From Octopus vulgaris (lineage: Eukaryota), in the NCBI GenBank assembly GCA_951406725.2, contig OX597816.1, forward strand, positions 161,820,001 to 161,884,000: DNA of 64,000 bases. The letters run 5' to 3'. The notes beneath the pieces were generated by a model. That model did not search any database, was not told the DNA's origin, and saw nothing but the letters and a program-made list of their open reading frames with translations. The position numbers and the translations under genes were made by a program. Each line of letters opens with the position of its first letter. Position 1 is the first letter of the stretch. Positions 56,485 through 64,000 of this stretch are shown here, piece after piece.

Positions 56485-56780
56485 GAGAGTTCCACTTGAT
56501 CCGATCAACCGAGCAATCTGCTCGCGAAATTAACGTGTAAGTGACAGAGAACTCCACAAATACGCGTACCCTTAACATAGCTCTCTGGAGATTCGGCGTG
56601 ACATAGAATATGACAAGCTGGCCCTTGAATTACTGGTACAACTAATTTTGCCAGCTGAGTGGCCTGGAACAATGTGAAATAAAATGTCTTGTTCAAGGAC
56701 ACAACACTCCGCTGGCAATCGAACTCAAAACCTTACCATCGCGAGCCGAATCTCCGAATCACTAAGCCACACGCCTTCAC
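56485..56780 (-). mobile_element. SINE sharing the family C 3' tail but with a different body
   Basis: GAAATTAACGTGTAAGTG..CGTACCCTTAAC tail; body similar to the 35253 SINE. Confidence 0.75.
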
Positions 56781-57264
56781 AAGGAAAGAATTAACCTCAA
56801 ACTGAAGACCTAGCTCCGAATGTTTGCAAAAGCACAAATAGGGTTAAATACATTTAAAGATCAGGCGGTGTTCTTAAACCGGGCGGCGGATTAAGCCTTC
56901 CACCCCGAACTCAAAACGCAACAAGCCGCCATGAGAACCACAAAGCATCTGTGATTGAATTAATACATAGTTCTTTACGGGTATATATATTTATCGACAC
57001 CCGAAAAGATGAAAAGAAAAATTGCTCTCAGCTGCATTTGAACCAAGAACAAATACGCCAAAAGTTATACGGTAAGGAATTTGTCCAGCACGATGGCATT
57101 TCTACTAACTCGGACCTTACTGATTATGACGGCATTCTACGTGCATGCTGGGATACACAAACGAATACATACGCACACACACACACATACAAACACACAC
57201 ACGTACACATGCACAGACAAACGCACACATATTAACTGCACACTACGATATGCGTATCTTTTAT

Positions 57265-57640
57265 GTTTTACTCGTTTCAGTTAAAGATTGCGGTCATGCT
57301 GGAGCACCGCCTTCAAAGGTTTCGTCGAACAAACCAACCGTAATACTTACTTTTTAAGTCTTGTTCTTATTCCGTCGTTCTCGTCTGTCGAAAAACTCAA
57401 GGTGGGAGGTAAACAAACCAAGATCGGTTAACACGCGGTAAAGACAAACACAACGCAAAGACACACACACACACACGCACACTACGGATTCCTTGCAGTT
57501 TCCGTACTGAACACACAAGACTTTGGTCGACCCGGGGCTGTAGCAGAAGACATCTACTGAAGCCGCCGTGCTGCGGGACTGAACACGAAGCCGAGTGGTT
57601 GCAAAGCGAGTTTCTTATCCACAAATTCATGCCTGCACCT
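57265..57640 (-). mobile_element. Old SINE family A
   Basis: Diverged homology. Confidence 0.7.
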
Positions 57641-57756
57641 TAGAAAGAAATGGCAAGAAATACAGGTAAATTTGAATATTGTACAATAGAATTGGACAGG
57701 AAAGCAAAAGAGAAGACGGCGTAAAAGAGGTGTCTGCTTTTATAAATAATTGAGAT

Positions 57757-58142
57757 TGGAAGCACTCCGTCGGTTACGACGACGAGGGTTCCGGTTGATC
57801 CGAATCAATGGAACAGCCTACTCGTGAAATTAACGTGTAAGTGGCTGAGCACTCCACAGACACGTGTACCCATAACGTAGTTCTCGGGAATATTCAGCGT
57901 GACACAGAGAGTGACAAGGCCGGCCCTTTGAAATACAGGTACAATAGAAACAGGAAGTAAGAGTGAGAGAAAGTTGTGGTGAAAGAGTACAGCAGGGATC
58001 ACCACCATCCCCTGCCGGAGCCTCGTGGAGCTTTAGGTGTTTTCGCTCAATAAACACTCACAACGCCCGGTCTGGGAATCGAAACCGCGATCCTATGACC
58101 GCGAGTCCGCTGCCCTAACCACTGGGCCATTGCGCCTCCACG
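57757..58142 (-). mobile_element. Full-length SINE family C with 19-bp TSD
   Basis: TTTTATAAATAATTGAGAT at 57738-57756 and 58144-58162. Confidence 0.9.
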
Positions 58143-58579
58143 TTTTTATAAATAATTGAGATATAGAACCGAGAGACAATAGGAAAAATATTTAAGTGAT
58201 AAGAGAAAAATACTATCAAGGTAACACACACACACACACAAACGATATATATGGATTTGTGTGCGTCTATACATCCACCCCTCTCCCCCTCTCTCTATCT
58301 ACTTATACATATGTATGTATATTTGTACGCGTGTATGTGCGTGAGTGCATTGTGCGTATACATGCATGTCTATGTATACATTACATGTATACATTATGTG
58401 TGTGTGTATATAATATATATGTACATATATAAATGCGCATATACGAATGTATACATAGATTTACGCATATATGTGTGTGTGTGTGTTTGAGTGTGTATTG
58501 ATATATATATATATATATATATATGTGTATATGTATATAAATGTGATTATGTAAATACGAATACAATTATATAAAGGTA

Positions 58580-58612
<33 letters not shown>

Positions 58613-58617
58613 GTCTG

Positions 58618-58650
<33 letters not shown>

Positions 58651-59394
58651 TTATCTATCCATCCATCCATCCATCTATCCATCCATCCATCCATCCATCC
58701 ATCTATCTCTCTCTCTATCTATCTATCTATATACTTGTTTTGTGTGCATTTGTGCGTTTTTCTTTTATACTCACAAAGCATGCGTACATCACACACACAC
58801 ACACACACGCACACACACATACACATATATACAAACGTACACACATACACATCCATACAAATACACACACATATACACAAGAAAGGAAGAAGTAAAGAAT
58901 AAACGAACGAAAGAATACGGAGAAATGAAACGAATACGAATTTGGTGCAGAAAATAAGAGCATTTTTGTCAATTAAATACGTGGAGTCCGTTTATCAATA
59001 AACTACTTACTGACATATATTCTTCCACTTGTTTAAAGCTTCATAAATCTGCCGTCAAATATTATATGGAGACGGCCCGAAATACAGCGAATCGAGTTAA
59101 GCAACGCTGTAAACATGGCCGCGATAAGAAGCAGCAAGAAACGATAAATTAACGGAGAAAGGCAGAGAGAAAAGATGGAAATGAAGGCGTAAAGAATAAT
59201 AAGAAATGTTTATAAATAAATAATTGATATACATATATGATTTATATATGTATGTATATATACATACACACGCACACATATATACATATATATTGTGTGT
59301 ATATATATATATATATATATGTATGTGAATGTATGTATATATGTGTGTGTATGTGTGTCAGTATATATATGTAATGTATGTATACAAATATATG

Positions 59395-59472
<78 letters not shown>

Positions 59473-59536
59473 GGAGATGTACTTGCATAGCAAGTGACCC
59501 GATCTGAGATCGTGTGCTGAAACAATATATGTATAT

Positions 59537-59580
<44 letters not shown>

Positions 59581-59593
59581 GTTTCTATATCCA

Positions 59594-59642
<49 letters not shown>

Positions 59643-59651
59643 CTCTATATA

Positions 59652-59687
<36 letters not shown>

Positions 59688-60108
59688 CATACATACATAC
59701 ATATATATATATCAGTAGGCCACGCGCCTTTACACATATAAACACGCACACATAAGCCTCTGAAATTGCAATACCCTCTGCTCTGGCATATTCTGATTGC
59801 AGTTTAATTCTGGGCTTATAGCAAAGTGGTTGAAACTTGTCAGCATTGAACTTCATATTGTTTTCTTCAGCACGCTTGTATATTGCAATCCAATCTTTCA
59901 GTAGTTTTCTGTAATCTTAATAGTCCTTCATTGCCCGTGATACTTTTGTATCATCAGAACAACTGGCGGATGTGCTTGGTTGCATGACTGCTGACAGGTC
60001 AGGTCCGGCAACCATCAGAAACAGCAGTGCTCCCAGTACAGTTCCCTGAGGGGCTCAGTCAGTTTAGTCTTGATGTCTCCATTTCCCCTTTCTCCTCCTC
60101 CGAGAGAA

Positions 60109-60165
<57 letters not shown>

Positions 60166-60253
60166 TATGTAGGTCCCGGGTTGAGTCGGGGTTAACCACA
60201 GTAAATAAGGTACTCAATACATAGCAGAGTAAATTAATTTATTTTATAGAAGG

Positions 60254-60304
60254 AGCTTCTACAGGACTAGAACTGTTTCATTCAAATGAAATCATCAGGA
60301 AGCT
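60254..60304 (-). ncRNA. Type I hammerhead (minus-strand mirror copy)
   Basis: Exact reverse complement of 60317-60367. Confidence 0.7.
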
Positions 60305-60316
60305 TGCTGGCCAGCA

Positions 60317-60367
60317 AGCTTCCTGATGATTTCATTTGAATGAAACAGTTCTAGTCCTGTAGAAGCT
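60317..60367 (+). ncRNA. Type I hammerhead ribozyme motif
   Basis: AGCTTC-CTGATGA-tTTC attt GAAt-GAAA-CAG ttctagtc CTG-TA-GAAGCT. Confidence 0.7.
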
Positions 60368-61094
60368 CCTTCTATGAAATAAAATATATAGATAGATAGA
60401 TAGATAGAGAGAAGAAGAGAGGGAGAGAGAGAGAAAGAGAGGGTACCATTGACTACGACTGCCTGACTCCTTTGTTTTAAAAAAACATGCAGCCATTTTC
60501 CTAGTTTACCAACGGTACCAAGGTCACACAGTTTGGGACATGTCACATCGTAATCGGCTTTGGCGAAGGCCTTACCCGAGTCGATATATATCACGTCTAC
60601 AATTGAACGGCTGAGCTTTCATGGTATTGTAGCTGTATGTGGTGGCTCCCTCATGAGTGAAAGCCATGCCTCATTTTAGTGAACACGTCATTTTCTTTTA
60701 GAAATCTGACCAGCTTCCTTCTGACAATGCATCTCATGGCTTTGCCGACATATGAGGTTTCAGAGATAGACCTGTAATTTGTTTCATCTACTCTGCTTCC
60801 TTCTTTGCGGATAGAGCATCTGATATATTCTTTTAATATTTTGGGAAGTTTGCTACTTTGCGAGGAAATTCTGGAAATGTATCTCCAGTGATTTTGCGAG
60901 AGCTTGCTTTCTTGCATGCCTTTCAAAAAAATAGCTGGAAGACAAACACGGCCTGTCACTGTGTTCAAGTTCATCGCATTAATGGACGATATTATACCCT
61001 TTTCTTTTATGTCAATGTAATCGATGGTTGTCTCTTCCTTGTGTGGATCTGAAATATTGAAGAAAGATGCCAAGTTTTGTTCTAGATAAGAGTA

Positions 61095-61196
<102 letters not shown>

Positions 61197-61402
61197 GTAT
61201 ATATGATATATTAATAATATATTATTATTAATATTAGGAAACCAATATCAAAACTCCCCAGAAAGATGAACACGTGTGAAAAATAATTGTTGTATTAAAA
61301 ATATATAAATGAATAAATATAAATATGTATAAAAAAAATATATATAAGTATAAATATATAATGTATATGACAGTTTAAAAATTTTGAATTAATTATTTAA
61401 AG

Positions 61403-61494
61403 CATCTTACGATCGTTTCGCAGAAGAGTTATCCCTTTAATGAAATCCAATATTGATAAGCATTTATAGACAACGCTTCTGCTCTTCAGAGATA
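61403..61494 (-). ncRNA. Type I hammerhead ribozyme in an AT-rich element (about 61200-62180)
   Basis: TATCT-CTGAAGA-GCAGAAG...CTTCTGC-GAAA-CGATCG-TA-AGATG. Confidence 0.85.
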
Positions 61495-61784
61495 TGAAAT
61501 TTGAATTCTGTATAACATATCGAATGGTAGTTTAAAAAAAAAATTTGAAGTAAAACTATAAAAAAGTGTTTGTTTGAAAGATAAATTAAAAATTAAAAAA
61601 TGCTTTTGATGATAGTTTTAAATCCATATATACTTCCTTGGTTATTCTTCTTCAATAATCCATAATATTCATATGTAAAATTCATTATATTATCTTGTAT
61701 TCCAAATATAGTTCATATAGTTAGTTTAGAAATGTGAAATTTGTATGCACTTTAGTATAAGAGTCTTGAAATTCATGTATGTCT

Positions 61785-61968
61785 TCTTGGTAATTCCTCT
61801 GTAGTAATCCATAATACTTTTGTCTTGGTAATTCCTCTGTAGCAATCCATAATACTTTTGTATAAAATTCATTATATTATCCGCTAATCCAAATATAGTT
61901 CATAATACAAAATCAAATTCATTATATTATCCGCTAATCCAAATATAGTTCATAATACAAAATCAAAT
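61785..61968. repeat. Two adjacent short tandem duplications (about 38 bp x2 and about 49 bp x2)
   Basis: CTTGGTAATTCCTCTGTAG.AATCCATAATACTTTTGT x2; ATTCATTATATTATCCGCTAATCCAAATATAGTTCATAATACAAAATCAA x2. Confidence 0.85.
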
Positions 61969-62206
61969 TATATTTTATATTATATGTGAAGTTATAAATT
62001 GGTCAAATTATTTCTTTTATATTTTAATTTTTATAATTGGACGGTGCCAATTAAAATTTTAGATTTTTAAATTTAATGCAATTATAACTGTCCATTTGTT
62101 ATAGATTAGATGTATCCGGGTACATTGGAGTAACATATGTTGTTATATATTTTAATAATAATCAATACATATATTAAGGAGTGACTATGAACGATCTGCT
62201 AGTAAA

Positions 62207-62545
62207 TAGGAGCAGACGTGGCGATGTAGTTGAGAAACTCGCTTAGTAACCACGTGACTACTATAGAAGCCTATGACCCGGGACCGATCAGTGTGATGTG
62301 AATGAATTTTGTAGAATTTTCGAAAATTACGCGCGCGCGTTTCCATTGTGTTTATCCCCCATCGTCGCTTGATAACTGGTATTGGTTTGTTTACGGCCTT
62401 GTAACTTAGAATTTCCGTAAAAGAGACCAGTAGAATAAGTAACAGATTTATAAATAACTACTGAGGTCGATTTGTTTTATTAAACCCTTTAAGGTGGTGC
62501 CCCAGCTTAGCCGCAGTCTAACTGAAACAAGTAAACGGTAAAAGT
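62207..62545 (+). mobile_element. Old SINE family A
   Basis: Diverged homology. Confidence 0.7.
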
Positions 62546-63500
62546 TGAATCAGTGCATCGTTAACTTAAATCCAATATTTGGCCATTGTTCACACATTCC
62601 AATTCTTAAATTCTCTCAATTTTCAATATTTAGTCTTCATTTAACACTGACAAATTTTAACGTTTGCCAAAGTCTCCTTCAGATTTAACGACGTACGAAT
62701 GTTAACTAAAGCAGACGACCGATAATGTATGAGTCAGACGAGATCCTTATTTAATTGCTAGTATTATAGATTAATAGCTAAACTTCACTTTCTTATTCTG
62801 TGATATAAGGATAGCTCGGACGAAGAAACCTGAGTAATGTTAGAAGAATTAAACAATCGATGTACGAAAATAACAGCGAACAAATTGTTTGTTTTTCTGG
62901 CTATTTTCCTTTTCGGAATCAACACCAAAAGACATCTCACATAAACAATATCCAACAAACAGTGTTGTTGAAAAAGTAAACATTGGCGCAGACAACAAAC
63001 TGAGACGGAACTGTCAGAGAAAATAGGCGAGTGAGGACAGAAAGAAACAGGAAAAGCTACGTCCGTTAAATAAAGCTTCTGACCTTTCCTTAAGAGTTTT
63101 CTCCTTTTGTTTAAAATGTCTTATTTCATGGTATGTTTGCCGTTTTGCCTGTTGTTTTGCTTGACTTTTCAAACATTGTTTAGTATTATTTGTTATTTGT
63201 TTCACAACTTTTCATCAAATTTGTTTAGTGAATAGCCAGTGTTACAGAATAAATGCCGTCTTCCAGTCAACCAGTTAAAGAGTTCACATACATTTCAGTT
63301 CTTGGTCGAGACCAGTCAAGTTTATTTACACATCTATGACTTGGAGAAGTGCTTCAGCTTCAAAACTTACCCTTTCGCATTTCCTACAAAAACCAGGCTT
63401 ATGTAAATATGTAAGACATTTTCCTATTTATAATAAACGAGAGTGATTTAGGTAATGCTTTCCTGATTTAGATGAGCTCAATATGACATCAAACATTTCG

Positions 63501-63667
63501 TAGGCATGGCTATGTGGCAAGACGCTTGCTTCCCAAACACATGGTTCTGGGTTCAGTTTCACTGTGTGGCATCTTCGGCAAATCTCCTCTAATCCTCTAC
63601 TATAGCTTCGAGCCAACCAAAGCGTTGTGAGTAGATTTGGTAGACGGAAACTGAAAGAAGCCCGTCT

Positions 63668-63735
<68 letters not shown>

Positions 63736-63760
63736 TGTAGTTGTGTGAGTGTCTGTCCCC
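63501..63760 (+). mobile_element. SINE family A, 5' part
   Basis: GGATTTGGTAGACGGAAACTGAAAGAAGCCCGTC-like block. Confidence 0.8.
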
Positions 63761-64000
63761 TTCGATTTAGATTCCTAACTCCTCCCACATTTTGCGGTGC
63801 AGTTTAACCAAATTCGGGTATCTTAGAGTCGTGATTAATATCGAGCCCGTCTAGCTATTAGCGCGCGTCTACGATGAGTCTACGATTTTAAAAATAATTT
63901 AACATCATTTTTTATTCCATTTTAATGCATAATTTTTCGTGTGTCGATGGCGGCGGAGTTGGCGTCCACTCTCAAACACCTGCACCTGTGTTTGCTTCTC

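Larger units (their letters stand above)
60238..60383. repeat. 146-bp spacerless palindrome (73-bp arms, 1 mismatch)
   Basis: Centre GCTGG|CCAGC at 60310/60311. Confidence 0.95.

Noticed and set aside
63765-64000. Possible Helitron-like repeat at the window end (also 39440-39550)
   Set aside because: Diagnostic termini are not both visible; truncated, so class cannot be supported

Overview
AT-rich, repeat-saturated eukaryotic intronic or intergenic DNA. The SINE families and microsatellite load strongly resemble an octopus (coleoid cephalopod) genome; this is recognition, not a database result. No host protein-coding gene can be supported, and almost all ORFs in the track are translated microsatellites. 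The window holds three or four tRNA-derived SINE families and fossil fragments of Tc1, mariner, hAT, R4/Dong-type, CR1-type, L1/Tx1-type and Penelope-like (GIY-YIG) elements, plus an ORF1-only retroelement. The most notable signal is 11 type I hammerhead ribozyme motifs with intact CTGANGA/GAAA/NTH cores and several decayed ones, mostly in small elements sitting in (TA)n tracts. These include a 561/586-nt circularly permuted, retrozyme-like family with compensatory base changes, a tRNA-headed hammerhead SINE with an inverted end and a 10-bp TSD, and a 146-bp palindrome encoding a hammerhead on both strands. All folds were read by eye and none was computed or tested.
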